64,000 nucleotides of DNA, taken from Octopus vulgaris (taxonomy: Eukaryota). Each line of letters opens with the position of its first letter. Position 1 is the stretch's first letter. The notes under the pieces were generated by a model. That model searched no databases, was not told the DNA's origin, and saw nothing but the letters and a program-made list of their open reading frames with translations. The DNA lies in the NCBI GenBank assembly GCA_951406725.2, contig OX597821.1, positions 89,962,001 through 90,026,000 on the forward strand, given 5' to 3'. Made by a program: the position numbers and the translations under genes. Below, in pieces: positions 14,449 through 28,250 of this stretch.

Positions 14449-14971
14449 ACACTAGATGTATTAATTTCGATGATTTATTGATCTTGTGTTGTAGTAGCGA
14501 ACAATATCTGCAATTGTAAAGCTCCATTATCTTTTCTGATGGCATGAACGAGAAGATGTATGTTTCCTAGAATGGTATGAGGGTTGCCAGAGGTGTGTTG
14601 ATGCTGATCTCTTCTGTAGTTTACTAATGACTCGTTAACAACCGATTCTATATGTGACAGGAAAGGTTTATAGCAGAACTTATTCTTTTCAACGCCATGA
14701 TTCATCAAGGACTGGAAACGATAAAATTTCTGAATTTTTCTCATCTTTTTACTGTAAAATCCAGTCGCTTTGGCTCTGGGCAAGTAAATGGTGAAAAAAA
14801 AATTGAAATCGAAGTAGTGAGTTGCAGTAGGCCAGAAGATATAACATACTATAGGTTATCGATACTATTGGTCGAAGATGAGAAACCAAACTTTTCAAAG
14901 TTTGGAATATTTTAAAGGAAAATTGAACTAATTAAATAAACTTGTTTAGAATACCTAAAACGTTTCATTCG

Positions 14972-15383
14972 TTTTACTCTTTACTCTTTTACTTGTTTCA
15001 TTCATTTGACTGTGGCCATGCTGGATCACCGCCTTTAGTCGAGTAAATCGACCCCAGGACTTATTCTTTGTAAGCCTAGTACTTATTCTATCGGTCTCTT
15101 TTGCCGAACCACTAAGTAACGGGGACATAAACACACCAGCATCGGTTGTCAAGCAATGCTAGGGGGACAAACACAGACACACAAACACACACATGCATAT
15201 ATATATATATATATATATACGACAGGCTTCTTTTCAGTTTCCGTCTACCAAATCCACTCACAAGGCTTTGGTCGACCCGATGCCATAGTAGAAGACACTT
15301 ACCTAAGGTGCCACGCAGTGGGACTGAACCTGGAACCATGTGGTTGGTAAACAAGCTACTTACCACACAGCCGCTCCCGCGCC
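14972..15383 (-). mobile_element. SINE family A, full length
   Basis: Reverse-complement match to 168-564 with a (GAGTAAAA)n tail. Confidence 0.92.
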
Positions 15384-16206
15384 TATTTTGATTTTTATTT
15401 CTTACAAAATCATCCTAAATAGCAGTATATACTTAGCGGTACACATTGTGTAGACAACAGGCATGTTGTTGTTACTCCCACTTGAACTCTGCTATAGCTT
15501 CCAGGTTTATCAAATTTCAAAGATCTAAACTTGTCAGCCTTTTTATAGTGTTAGGTAGAGCAGAAACAAATTATGTTCCTCCTCACTTTCCACTGCTGTT
15601 GCTTCGTTTCTCACATCTTTAGGAATCCCACAGTCTATGTGCACAAGTAATGAACAATCACTCGTGAAATACACAGACTTATTGTGTCTAACTTCACCGA
15701 TGGGTTGTTGTTGCTGCGCTTTTATGTCAAATTTGGCCTTGATAGAAAAGATCTTTGCTCAAAACGTCCTTAATCGAACAGATCTTTGCTCAAAAACGTC
15801 CACGCCATGGCCATTACGTTATTGTTTTCATTTGAGACAGTGTTAACACAAAACCATATTACCCAATGCATACTTATTCCCTTTGTAAGACAATAATGTA
15901 TGATTTGGTTTCTATAAAAGCTGATATAGGGTTTGCAGAATTTCTTCGCTGAGATTAAGAAAAAGTCACCAACCTCTATAGGCTCGACGTCCCTGGCACT
16001 TCTACTTCACAAGACACACGTCGAAATACCTATGTTTCAGAATGAGCCGAGTGTTTTATGAATACATGGTCCTCAAAAGTAAAAAAAAATATCTTCATAA
16101 GTCTAGCTTATTTGCGTTCAAATCTGCTAGTACATATTAAAAATAAGTATACAACACATTTCAAGAAATTTTGATTTTTATTTAGATCTTACATACCGTA
16201 TATATA

Positions 16207-16606
16207 TACTCCTTTACTCCTTTACTTGTTTCAGTCATTTGACTGCGGCCATGCCGGAGCACCGCCTTTTAATCGAGCAACTCGACCCCAAGACTTATTC
16301 TTTGTAAGCCCAGTACTTATTCTATCGGTCTCTTTTGCCGAACCGCTAAGTGACGGGGACATAAACACACCAGCATCGGTTGGCAAGCAATGCTAGGGGG
16401 ACAAATACAGACACACAAACATACACATATATATACATATATACGACGGGCTTCTTCCAGTTTCCGTCTACCAAATCCACTCTCATGGCTTTGGTCGGCC
16501 CGAGGCTATAGCAGAAAACACTTGCCCAAGGTGCTACGCAGTGGGATTCAACCCGGAACCATGTGGTTGGTAAACAAGCTACTTACCACACAGCCACTCC
16601 TGCGCC
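16207..16606 (-). mobile_element. SINE family A, full length
   Basis: Reverse-complement match to 168-564. Confidence 0.92.
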
Positions 16607-16711
16607 TATATATGTAGATGACTTAACGTTAAATGTTTATAAATACATATATTTTTATGTATATGCAATGTATATATATATTATATACAATGTATATGCA
16701 TTATTTATATA

Positions 16712-16830
16712 GCAATGCCTCGATATAATAGTTAATTTGTTCCCGGAGACCGTTCGTAAAACGAAAACTCGTAAGGCAGAGCAATAATTTCCCATAAAAG
16801 CAATGTTATAAATCGTAATTCGTTCCCAGA
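16712..16830 (+). mobile_element. Possible pogo/Tigger-like MITE end fragment
   Basis: CCTCGATATAATAGTTAATTTGTTCC..TTCGTAAAACGAAAACTCGTAAG..TTTCCCATA resembles Tigger-type subterminal sequence. The other end was not found. Confidence 0.35.
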
Positions 16831-17089
16831 AAAATATTTTACCAATAAAATTCAAGAGAAATGGCAATATAACAAGAATACAATGTAAAGAATCTTTTAT
16901 GTTATGTAAAAAGAATGTCAAGATCATTTATAAGAAAAAAATATTATCCTTATAATTATAAATGTAATTATATATGTAAACAAATGCTTACATTATATAC
17001 ACATACACATATATGTATGCATACATGTATGTGTATGTGCGGGCTCGTGTGTGGAAGAAAAACTATATGATAATATCGTAAAAGACTAA

Positions 17090-17708
17090 AGCGGTGAGCT
17101 GGCAGAACCATTAGCACGCCGGGCGAAATGCTTAGCGGTATTTCCTCTGCCGTTACGTTCTGAGTTCAAATTCCACCGAGGTCGACTTTGCTTTTCATCC
17201 TTTCGGGGTCGATAAATTAAGTACCAGTTTCGCTCTGGGGTCGATATAATCTACTTAATCCGTTTGTCTTTCTTTGTTTGTCCTCTCTATGTTTAGCCAC
17301 TTGTTGGTAGTAAAGAAATAGGTATTTCGTCTGCCGCTACGTTCCGAGTTCAAATTCCACCGAGGTCAACTTTGCCTTTCATCCTTTCGGGGTCGATTAA
17401 ATAAGTACCAGTTACGCACTGGGGTCGATATAATCGACTTAGTCCTTTTGTCTGTCCTTGTTTGTCCCCTCTGTGTGTAGCCCCTTGTGGGCAGTAAAGA
17501 AATAAGAAACGTTAGCACGCCGGGTGAAATGCTTAGCGGTATTTCGTCTGTGTTTACGTTCTGAGTTAAAATTCCACCGAGGTCGACTTTGCCTTTCATC
17601 CTTTCGGGGTCTATAAATTAAGTAACAGTTGCGTACTGGGGTCGATCTAATCGACTGGCTCCCTCCCCCAAATTTTCCGGCTTTGTGCCTAGTGTAGAAA
17701 AGAATATT
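17090..17708 (+). mobile_element. SINE family B, head-to-tail trimer ending in the alternative tail
   Basis: Three copies of the B box plus GTCGACTTTGCCTTTCATCCTTTCGGGGTC core. Units 1-2 end in TAAAGAAATA; unit 3 ends in TTGTGCCTAGTGTAGAAAAGAATA. Confidence 0.9.
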
Positions 17709-18458
17709 GTAAAAGACTATAAAATGGCTTAAAATAATATGAGAAATATTTGAAGGAAAGCACAATATGAAGTATTTTACTCAAATATATAGTGTTAATA
17801 GAAGAAGAAATGAACTGATTGATGGTTATGAAAAATCTAGATTTGCAAGATATTAAATTATACAGAAAGAGGTTGAGAGAAAAGAAGCATTAAACGTTCG
17901 CTACAACTGCCGCTGAAAACCTGAACAGTGATGTTCTAAGAGATGGTTAGATCCACTGTGTTTGTATAAAGGACATGTAGATGGACATTCAGTGGTATAT
18001 GACACACCGTCTTATTTGTAAAGAACTAGTAAACTCTGCAGGGCTGGTATGAGAATTGAAATGTTAGAATCAACAAAGTGGTTCTCTTAGTAATTAAATA
18101 TGCTCTTTGTCTTAGCAGAGAGCTTGAAAATTGAAACCTGAGGTTTTCTTAATATATATCACTTAATACATTTCTCCAAATGATTATCGCAACTGAGACT
18201 TCGGTATACACGATCAGTATTACTGAGTGGTAAGGCGGTAGTGGTGGTGGTGGCAATATTAGTAGTCAGGAATATTGTGACACATCGAGAAATTTTGTAA
18301 ATGAAATTACAATCATCAATCTTGTACACGGATTGAGCAAATGGTCCGTGTGATTGTTTGCTCGTGAAATAAATTTAACGATCATTGAAGTATATTCCCA
18401 TATAGTTACAACGTATTCATGTAGCTAACAATAAATTTTGATCATTTTAAAACTATAA

Positions 18459-18672
18459 AGGTGGCGCGATGGCAGACTGGTTAGCACACCGGGCAAACTA
18501 CTTAGCGGCATTTCCTTCGTCCTAATGTTCTGAGCTCAAAATTCTCCGAGATCGACTTTGCCTTTCATCCTTTCGGAGTCGCTAAAATAAGTACCCGTTG
18601 AACACTACGGTTGATGTAATCGACTCACCCACCACCGCAAAATTCCAGGCCTTGTACCTTAAGTAGAAATGA
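18459..18672 (+). mobile_element. SINE family B, diverged monomer (alternative tail)
   Basis: Head, core and GGCCTTGTACCT..AGTAGAAA tail. Confidence 0.8.
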
Positions 18673-19379
18673 TTATTTTAAAATCATAAAATTCATTATG
18701 TCCAAGAAAATTGCACATTATATACATTATTCTGGTTTGCTTATATCAATACTGCTTTGCCTCGGTTCTTATTCGGTGTTGTTGAAGCTGTCCTGTGCAT
18801 TCACGTTGTTTATCTCACATTCCTGCATTGTCAATCAAAGTTTCTGAGGAATATTATTACGACATCAAGTAAAAGATTTCTACAATCAATGTGATGCCCA
18901 TTCTTCCGATCAGATTGATTGAAGAAATATCTAGCATTTATGTTGGAGATAGCATTTATCACAAGAGCAATTAATTATTTTCCTCAACAATCACGCGTCT
19001 GCTAACACCAATATTCTGCTGTGTATGCATTGATGTATATAAAATTGTATGTATGGGTGTGTACACGTGCGAATGTGCAGGTGTATTGTGCATGGCAAAT
19101 ATACATCCACACATTTGGATGTAAGTATTAGTAACAGAACTGAATACTTTCCCTTAAGCTCTCGAGTTCGTGCCAACTATATTTCGTAAGCAGAGCTTGT
19201 AAGTAAAATCCATATAATTACTTTACAAATATGTTCATATACGCGGGTATATTATATATATATATTTATGTATGTGTGTTCTGCATGTATGTATGTATGT
19301 GTTTATGTGCACATGTGTATACGTGTCACGTATCACATATATATAAGTTTGTATATATGTACGCATGTATGTATGTATG

Positions 19380-19412
<33 letters not shown>

Positions 19413-19658
19413 CAATTAAGGACAACTTCTTAATACGGAAAACTTAACAAGAAATTATCGGGTAGATAGCGTGAAAGACCTCATAAGAGAAAATATTTCG
19501 AAAATAATTATTTCTTATTGAACATATTAATTTATATATAGAGGGCATTATTATACATACATGCCACACGCTAAGAGGGACAAAATTAGTCATTTCTACC
19601 AAAAATTTTACTAATCCCACCGAATGCAATTTTTCAAAGTAAGGCATTTAAAAATATG

Positions 19659-19705
19659 GACTTGTATCACCTGTGATTTCATACCTCTGTATTCATCAGC
19701 AAGCC
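19659..19705 (-). ncRNA. Type I hammerhead ribozyme motif (family H1)
   Basis: Minus strand reads GGCTTG-CTGATGA-ATAC(AGAG)GTAT-GAAA-TCAC(AG)GTGA-TA-CAAGTC. Stems I, II and III all pair; cleavage triplet AUA. Confidence 0.8.
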
Positions 19706-19837
19706 TGGACGTATCATAAATAAAGTCTGCCATTTACCGGATGTAATATATGTAAACTCACCCATGTGCTTCGTTGATGTTGATCAGTTAGCTGCTCGGC
19801 TTAGACGAGGTGGGTTCGTTTATTTATGATACGTCCA

Positions 19838-19884
19838 GGCTTGCTGATGAATACAGAGGTATGAAATCACAGGTGATACAAGTC
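19838..19884 (+). ncRNA. Type I hammerhead ribozyme motif (family H1)
   Basis: GGCTTG-CTGATGA-ATAC(AGAG)GTAT-GAAA-TCAC(AG)GTGA-TA-CAAGTC. Predicted cleavage after 19878. Confidence 0.8.
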
Positions 19885-20011
19885 CATATTTTTAAATGTC
19901 TTACTTTGAAAAATTGCATTCGGTGGGATTAGTAAAATTTTTGTAGAAATGACTAATTTTGTCCCTCTTAGCGTGTGGCATGTATGTATAATAATGCCCT
20001 CTATATATAAT

Positions 20012-20043
<32 letters not shown>

Positions 20044-22829
20044 TATACAAATACATGTATATATATATGTAAATATATGTATGTATGCATGTATATATAT
20101 ATATACATACATATATATATAAATACATATATATATATATGTAAATGTATGTTTATATGTATGTATGTGTATGTATATATATATATATCTTGACTATCTT
20201 ACAATTATACACCTCTATAGGCTTGTTCACTTGTATATACATCTTGAGATACATTTACGTATTTTGTATTCTTACTTCTATAACTTCTTTTGGACCAAAA
20301 GTGTTTAACAACAAACTCTACATACAACTCACAAAAACACAACGAATAATATAATGCTATGGCATTCACTTTTCCCTCTGCTGAAGTCAGTAACACTTAT
20401 TAGACACACTCAGCACAGCTTCATTAATCCGCCCCTAAAAGAAAATCTTACTTCATGGCCTTATGTGAAGACGGAACTTTAAATATCCCCACCCCCACTG
20501 TATATTAAGTTACTTCACTATCTTGTCCCGAAGCTCAACGAGAAAAATGTAATTTGTATCGTATTGTACTGGGTCCTTAGTGCGTTTCATTGACCAGCTG
20601 TTCACCTGGTATTATAAAAACGCTATTTAATTTACAATTTAAGCGTCTCTTTTTTCCTATTTTGCAACCAGGTTTCATTAGAAATATACCGACAATGAAC
20701 AGACACAATAAAAGAGAGAGAGAGAGAGGGCAAGGAAAGAGAAAGAGAGGTAAAGTAATATTTAAATATTTTACTTTATGTAAAACTGATTCTACTTAAG
20801 GCGAATAAAATGACGTTCTTATAAATTGATCGAGTCGACGATAATGAAAAACAATAACAAAGAATATATCGGAAAGCTGCTTGTGGAATTCTTGCTGAAA
20901 TTGAAATTATTGATCACTAAAAGACATTATCTTAAGATAAAAGTCCCTTAGAAACAGCTATTATTCTGTCTGCAAAAACCTAACAACGTTCTCTTTTTCA
21001 CTCGATTTCTTATCTACAAATGTTCTGTGAAGGAAAAAAATAAAACACATTCCATGAATTTCTACCAGATTCTAACCCTTTTAATATCTACTGAAATGTT
21101 TCACTTCATACAAATACTCTCCAATTAGTAAATCACATCTTATATCATGCTGACGATATTTAAAAGGAATGAAATCGTGTCATTCATGAATAGGAGCAAC
21201 CAAAACCTGTTACAACTTCGTAATAAGTAAGCAAAATAATAAATACATATGTGAATGTTATGCATCATTTTCCACGTAAATCCTTAATTTCACATTCGAA
21301 TTTCCACCCACGTCTCATATGAAAAAGTAATTATCCCCCACTATAATAACTGTAATTCCTATCAAAACCAAATATTATAACTATAAGATTCTGTTTAATA
21401 CTCCTCAAACGACTACAACAGCAAAAACTAAAGCAATGCTAATTTTTGATAAATATCAACAGCTACAATTGCAAGTCATTGCACCAACAGTACTGGTGTC
21501 AAAAATGACAATTACTATAAACTTTCTTTCACTCTCTGTTCCAAATTCTCGATACATAATGACAGCAACTACAACGACTATGGCAACACGACTTCTTCGT
21601 GAACTTTATTCATTAACAACTACAACGCCTTCAGTAGCAACATTATCGGCGGCGTCTACAACAACAACAATAACAACAACAAATGTAGTAGCAACAATGG
21701 CACTTGATGAACAACAGCAATTGCTTCAGTAACGCAGTAGCAATAACATGGGAATAAATCAATCATCAATTTGACTGCTTCGGCAACAACGTTGTCAAAC
21801 ACAAAGCAGTAACAGTTACAAAAAATGCAATAGTAATAACAACAACAATAAATTTTACAGCATACTGACTTCTACCCAATACAAGTAACCTGCCTCTCCA
21901 TCTTTTCTGCTTCTGTTGTCTTGGCTAGTATTTCTACCACATCTGCTGCCACCGCTTCCAACGCTTCCACCACCACCAACAACAACAACAACAACTGTTA
22001 CTGCTGAAATCCTCCCCTTTAGTTATGTTCCAAATTGTTCACTTACATCTTTGCTGCAACTAACTGCAACAAGCGCTTGATGTATCTCACTCAATCCCCA
22101 AAACTTGCCGGTATTTATCTGGCAGCACTACTCTTTTGAGAGCTAGGAGCCAGTGTAGAAAGGATGCCTTCGTTTATGAAATGGCCATTAATTTTACTGC
22201 TTCCCAAACAGATGTTCATCCGTTTAGTCACTTCCCACAAGAATGTCATCAAGTTTGCGGAGTTCTTATTTCCACTTCTAAATATTGATGGCTCTGCAAG
22301 AATCACCTTTATGGAATATGTGTCCACCTTTGCTGCCTGCTTTGCGTCATGTCCACATAACTCAGTATCTTCCAAATCTACCATCTTTCAATCCCCTTAG
22401 CTCCCTCTCCGACGCACATATGTACACTGTGGGCGAAAATTCTTCCGACTGGTTCTAACCAATAAATCTACTAGCCGTATGTCTCCTTACTGATACTCAA
22501 TGGTTGTGCGTTATAACGAACTTCTATAGTCACTAAATTCTTTAATCTCTCACTTTCTTGGAGGATATGCACTGAGGCTCGCGTGTGTTTAATTCTAAAG
22601 AAGGGTAACCACTTTGAGTTAACATACTATTGCTCTCGCCATTAACACCTTTAAGTTGAAGGAGACATACATTAATAATAACGATTTCTAAAATCTTAAG
22701 CATCTGTCTACCCTCAGTGATGATTGGTCACTCTACTACCGAAGAGCCAGATCTAATGGCTAACCCTAACCCTGTTAAGTTATTGACTACCAAGTTCTCA
22801 CTTTAGAAAATCTGGGTGGAAGAAATCTT

Positions 22830-23640
22830 GTTAACCTAGATGTGAGTTAAATTTTCGACCGTATCTGACATGCAAATTTCCTATAAAAATTTCCCGCTTA
22901 GGGATCATGCAGGTCACACTTCTTATATTAGATTTCTTTAGGATCAAACCATCATAGTTTATTCTGTTGGAACTCGTTCTCTTTCCCTCGCAATGGACTC
23001 TTGTTCTTCAGGATCCGATTTTCTTCTCCAATTTCTTACACGAATTCTTTCTTGAATAACCTCCCTGTAAACACATCCAACAACGCCCATTCTTTTGCAG
23101 ATGACACAACCCTTCATACATCACAAACTTTACACGACAAAGAATCACAAACGTGCAAGGTAGACACCATATGCAGAACATGTAACGATTTCATAAACCG
23201 AAATCTTGAGATCAACCTTCGATGGAACCATGCTAACCTTGATTCTTTTAACTTAAAAAAGTCCGAACGACTACCTATACAATAAAAACCCTGCCGTACT
23301 TCACCCCCCTCTATTCATGGCTGGTACTCAGCTATAGCCTCTTACCGTTACTCCAGCTGCCTGTCCTGACTATGATCGAGGATCATTCTTCGAGAAATAA
23401 CATCCTTAGAGTAACTAGAACTTCATTTTAAAGACTAGGTCTTATTGTAAAATGCTTCAGGAATCAACTGCAACTGACACTCTGTATTGAATCCCACATT
23501 TAATTATCCTTTCAGCCAAACTTGTCGGCTTTGCGCAAACTATTATCCCCAATTCTTTATCCTCAGATTATCGGTCTTCTGGAATCTCCTTCCTGCAAGT
23601 GATAACTTTCGACATTTTAAAGGGAACATTAATGGCATCA
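22830..23640 (+). mobile_element. Decayed CR1/L2-group LINE ORF2 (RT) fragment
   Basis: LDVS*IFDRI*HANFL*KFPA (cf. LDISKAFDRVWH..LL.KL), FLNNLP..HSFADDTTLH (RT domain 5) and FWNLLPAS near the end. Stops and frameshifts present. May extend upstream to about 22030. Confidence 0.8.
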
Positions 23641-25781
23641 CGCCCACCGGCATCAGAGTGTCGGTAAAGGTCTTGGGAATGTCCCTTTTTACAGGATAGT
23701 ATCAAAGGAACTTTGTTTAATGAAGATTGTTTGCTTGTATGAATTTGTAATGCTTCCACTTTTATGGCCCAGTCTCTCAAGAGAAACGGTGGTTAACGTA
23801 CACCGCTCTGTGTGGAAAATCTGCCTATTTGTTGTACAGTCATGATTATGTGGAACAAACATACATTCATTTAGCCTTCACATTCTTCTCTGTGTCGAAC
23901 CCACTGGGCCTTGAGAGTTAAAGTGCTTGAAATGGGAGTGTGCTAAGGCCTGCCATACTGTTATGTTTCGCTGTCCGTAGTTACCAATGCAAGTAGATTT
24001 TGATATCTAACGGTATTAATTTCTTCAAATATTTCTTTTTCCTCTTAATATATACTGATCGATAAAATGAGCGCAAGACTTAGTATTGTTGCCGCTACAA
24101 CAGTACATAATCCTTTGTATACGTAGTGTCCCGGTATGATTGTTGTCCCATGACTGCGACCAGCAAAATACTCTTTGTGTATATGTATTTTTAGGTGTAT
24201 GTATGTGTATGTACATTTTTGCCTCTGTGTGTGTGTATGTATGTCGCTGTGTGTGTGTGAGAGAGAGGGAGAGTGTGTGTGTGTGAGAGAGAGAGAGTGT
24301 GTGTGTGTGTGTGAGAGAGAGAGTGTGTGTGTGTATGTATGTGTGTGTCTGGATGCCAGTGTACATCGTGGTTGAATAAAGAGAATTGCCTCTGACTTGG
24401 TTCCGATGGCAGGTCATGCAATAAGCTTGCCCAAAGCTTACATCTCAGACCATAAATATACTGGCCATAATTATTTTATTGTAACAATGTCCACAAATGA
24501 TACTGGATATCTTAAAAGCATGAGCAAAACCATTAGCTATAACCCAATAATAAAAATGGAGAAAATCTTAGGCAAACTCTGCCACTATTAATTATATCAT
24601 TGCAGAAAGGTTAAGAACACACTTTAATACGCTTTTACTGTTTTTGCTAGAATTTTCCTCTTTGTTTTTGAACGATTGTTCTACTTTTGTCTTTTATCTT
24701 AGTATTGTATAGCCAATACTGTGGTAAGTGTTTAATATTGAGAAAAGAAATAATGTATATAAGAGTGTATTTTTATGGTTTGTTTAAACTAGCTTAGTCA
24801 TATTTTACTTATGCAGAGTTACTCACAATTCTTAGATAAAATATTAAAGATTGGTAATATAATGAACTGGAGAAATGGAGAAAGGTCGAAGGGAAATTAG
24901 TAGAATAAAAATCATATATAAAGTGTAAAAATTGGCCATGTATATTTTCAATTAATTAAAAGAATATATACTTGATGAAGTGTCTGCATTGGTCAAATGT
25001 CTCTGATCGGATATTTAAATTGTCCACATATTTATTCAGGTCTAAAAGTATCTGTTTTCTTTTTCAGTATTACATGTCTTGCAGCCAGAACAAGCAAAGC
25101 AATGTCGGCGTTATTCAACCGACCAATATCTCCAGATTTAAAGCCATAGCTATGCTATATATATTCTAGATGGGCTGCACACATCGTGCGATTGCCATGT
25201 TATCGATTGCGCAAATTCTTTTACACCTAGTACAATGAAGGAATGTGCATACCAGAATCTACATTAAAGAAAACGATTGAATATACATGATATTAATATA
25301 AAGACGCGGGACATTTTCTAAATACCTAATGTAAACAGAGACGAATGATATATGATGAAGACCAACACTTCAACAGATGTAGCGAAAATCTCACCGATAA
25401 TTGTGAGCATAGAAATCAGCATGCGTAATACTTATCCTGCCAATCAAACATGACCCGGTCTGTGAACAGTGCTGTAGATCTTGCATTAGCCTGTGAAGTT
25501 GTATGAACGTCCACAGAATTAAAATCTGGTTGGCATAAATCTCCACCCCGAGAGACTGCCAAGATTAATGTTGAAGCCACCCGTCTGTATGTACGTCTTT
25601 CTCTTCGTCATTCTATCTGCCTATATCTGTACGTATCACTTTATATACATATACATGCATATAATATATTCATATATATGTGTGTTTGTGTGAGTATGCG
25701 TGTGTGTATGTGTGTGTGTGTGTGTGTGTGTGAATGTTTCTGAATGTATGTGTACATACTTATATACGTATACATACCTAT

Positions 25782-25887
25782 GAAACGTTAAACCCTCCTT
25801 CTTTCCTTCTTTCTTGAGCGTCCAATAATACCATATTTGTTCCACGTCCTCACGTTGTGTTTTTTTTGTGCTTTCTTCTTTGGATTA

Positions 25888-25892
<5 letters not shown>
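25782..25892 (+). mobile_element. 5'-truncated copy of the HHR-bearing short element seen at 54499-54702
   Basis: Closely matches 54590-54702. Begins with GAAACGTTAAAC (3' half of a hammerhead) and ends at (TA)n. Confidence 0.8.
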
Positions 25893-25944
<52 letters not shown>

Positions 25945-26318
25945 ATGTGTGTGTGTGTGTGTGTATGAATATATACAAGCTCATATATATATATGCATAT
26001 ACTCATACATACACAGAAACTGAACACATGTATATATATATATATATTTATTGTATTTATAGATTTAATATCTGTCTAAACTCTAAAGTGATTAGACAGG
26101 AACAATGGACTTCAGAGATAAGTCATAAAGAAAATATGTAATATTTACCTCTCGGTGGATCTACATATTTCAGTAAATATTAACTTCATTAGTGGCTGGT
26201 GAACAACAGTTTCTTGTTTAGCCTCATCGATATCACAAGTGGCTGAAGTGTAAATTGAAGAAAAAACAAACATAAGCATTCATACATACATAAACACATC
26301 CACACACACACACGCACA

Positions 26319-27198
26319 TACAAGGTAGTATCGATGAGTTTCCGGACTACTTCTGTAGCGTGCCAATAGATGGCAACGCGCCAATAGATGCATGTAGCGT
26401 GTCAATAGATGCATGCGCTGTGAGAGCCAGCAGTGACCTCCATGAGGCAGTGTGCCGAGTGACATTGCTGTGTTTACTTGCGTTTTTTTCTTGTCATGGA
26501 GAAGTTGGAACAAAGAGACAACGTGGAATTTTGCGTTAAAATTTGGATCTCTGCTACAGACACATTGAGCATACTTTGACAAACATACAGCGAGGGAGGT
26601 AATGGGACCAACGCAATCTTTCGAGTGGTACGGGTGTTTTAAAACGCACCTCAGAGTAGCAGCTCAGTCAAGAGCATGCTCATCATTATTTATCGGTATC
26701 TGTGGTATTATGCATCGAGAATTCTTCCCAAATGACCAAACCACCAATCGACAGTTCTACTGCGACGTTTTGAAGCGTTTGAGAGAGGACATTCGGCGAA
26801 AGCGACCGAATCTGCGGTGAGCAAAGAATTGGATTCTTCACGATGGCAATACACCCTGTCACCGAGCTCACGCCAGAAAAAGAGATGGTATCGCTTCAGC
26901 ACCCAACCTATTTGACAGATTTAGCACTTGCTGGCTTCTATCTCTTTCTCAACATGAAAAGGAAGCTCAAAAGTAATCGTTTTAACACTGTTGTGGAGAT
27001 CCAGAAAGAATTGCAGAAAGTTTTCGACTCGCTTACACAAAACAACTTCTAGGCCGGATTACAAGAGCGGCAGGAGCGCTGGGGCCGGTGTATTGCTGCG
27101 CAAGGTGACTATTTCGAAGGAGATGACGTTGAAACTAAGCTAAATATGTTATATTCTTTTTTAACATAACTGGCCCGTGAACTTTTTGATACCAAATA
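26319..27198 (+). mobile_element. Decayed mariner transposon
   Basis: Transposase fragments GIMHREFFPNDQTTNRQFYCDVLKRLREDIRRKRP and HPTYLTDLALAGFYLF (cf. PYSPDLAP.DF.LF). Degenerate TIR-like ends starting at TA. Internal deletion and stops. Confidence 0.88.
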
Positions 27199-27853
27199 CA
27201 TACATGTATGCATGCATATATACATACATACATAAATATATACCTTTGTCCATGTGACGGTTGGGTGATATGAGACAGAAATATCTATGCAGTATACAAC
27301 GCTCAGTGTCAGGAAAGGTATCATGTCTAAGTATTGATTGATCAGAGTATATAAGGTGATAGAAGTCCTGACTAAATGCTTGCAGAACTCGTGAGCTTTG
27401 AAGTCGATGAGAAGTTTCTTGAGAGGATAGATGTAGGGAGATAGAGAGTAAAACTGTGGTGCAGATAGAAGTAATAAGACGACGGTATTATGTTTTTTAA
27501 GGATTTCATGTTTTAATCATATCCAACCGTAATGTTTCTAGTTCACGTCTCCTGATAGTTTTAGAAACGGAAAATAAATTGTTCTTACTGTAGCTTTAAC
27601 TCTTGGACACGAAGGTTACGTGTAAAGATTTCAAAATCTCTTTATTGACGGAATCCTTAGGTTGCTTCGCAGAAGTTACTTTCTAAGCTGAAAGCTGTCT
27701 GAGATGTATTGTGGTCCCTAACATGAAATAATGGGGGCGATTTGAACATCTGTGCAATTCCCCTAAAATGAGTGACTGTGCCATTGCTAAAATGAATAGG
27801 TCAAGAACCGATTAAAAATCTTTTTACAGCTCCTTATTTATTTTTATACAATA

Positions 27854-28250
27854 GGCACAGGAGTGGCTGTGTGGTAAGTAGCTTGCTTACCAACCACATG
27901 GTTCCGGGTTCAGTCCCACTGCGTGGTACCTTGAGCAAGTGTCTTCTACTTTAGCCTCGGCCCGACCAAAGCCTTGTGAGAGGATTTGGTAGGCGGAAAC
28001 TGAAAGAAGCCCGTCGTATATATGTGTGTGTTTGTTTGTCTGTGATTGTCCCCCTCAACATTGCTTGACAACCGATGCTGGTGTGTTCACGTCCCTTTAA
28101 TTTAGCGGTTCGGCAAAATAAACTGGTAGAATAAGTACTAGACTTACAAAGAATAAATCCTGGGGTCGATTTGGTGAACTACAGGTGGTGCTCCAGCATG
28201 GCCGCAGTCAAATAACTGAAACAAGTAAAAGAGTAAGGAGTAAAGAGTAA
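27854..28250 (+). mobile_element. SINE family A, full length
   Basis: Match to 168-564 with a GAGTAA tail. Confidence 0.92.

Larger units (their letters stand above)
19532..20010. repeat. Long fold-back inverted repeat (arms 19532-19724 and 19819-20010, 94-nt spacer) carrying two hammerheads
   Basis: Arms are reverse complements with about 1 substitution and 1 indel. Bounded by (TA)n on the right and, after a ~120-bp extension, on the left. Confidence 0.95.

Noticed and set aside
21145-21190. CTGACGA..GAAA..TC spacing
   Set aside because: Stems I and III do not pair; chance match.
21436-21732. Thr-rich 98-aa ORF (mucin-like)
   Set aside because: Derived from degenerate (ACA/ACT)n low-complexity sequence.
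22761-22772. TAACCC x2, telomere-like (also GGGTTAGGGTT near 3465)
   Set aside because: Only two units; expected by chance.
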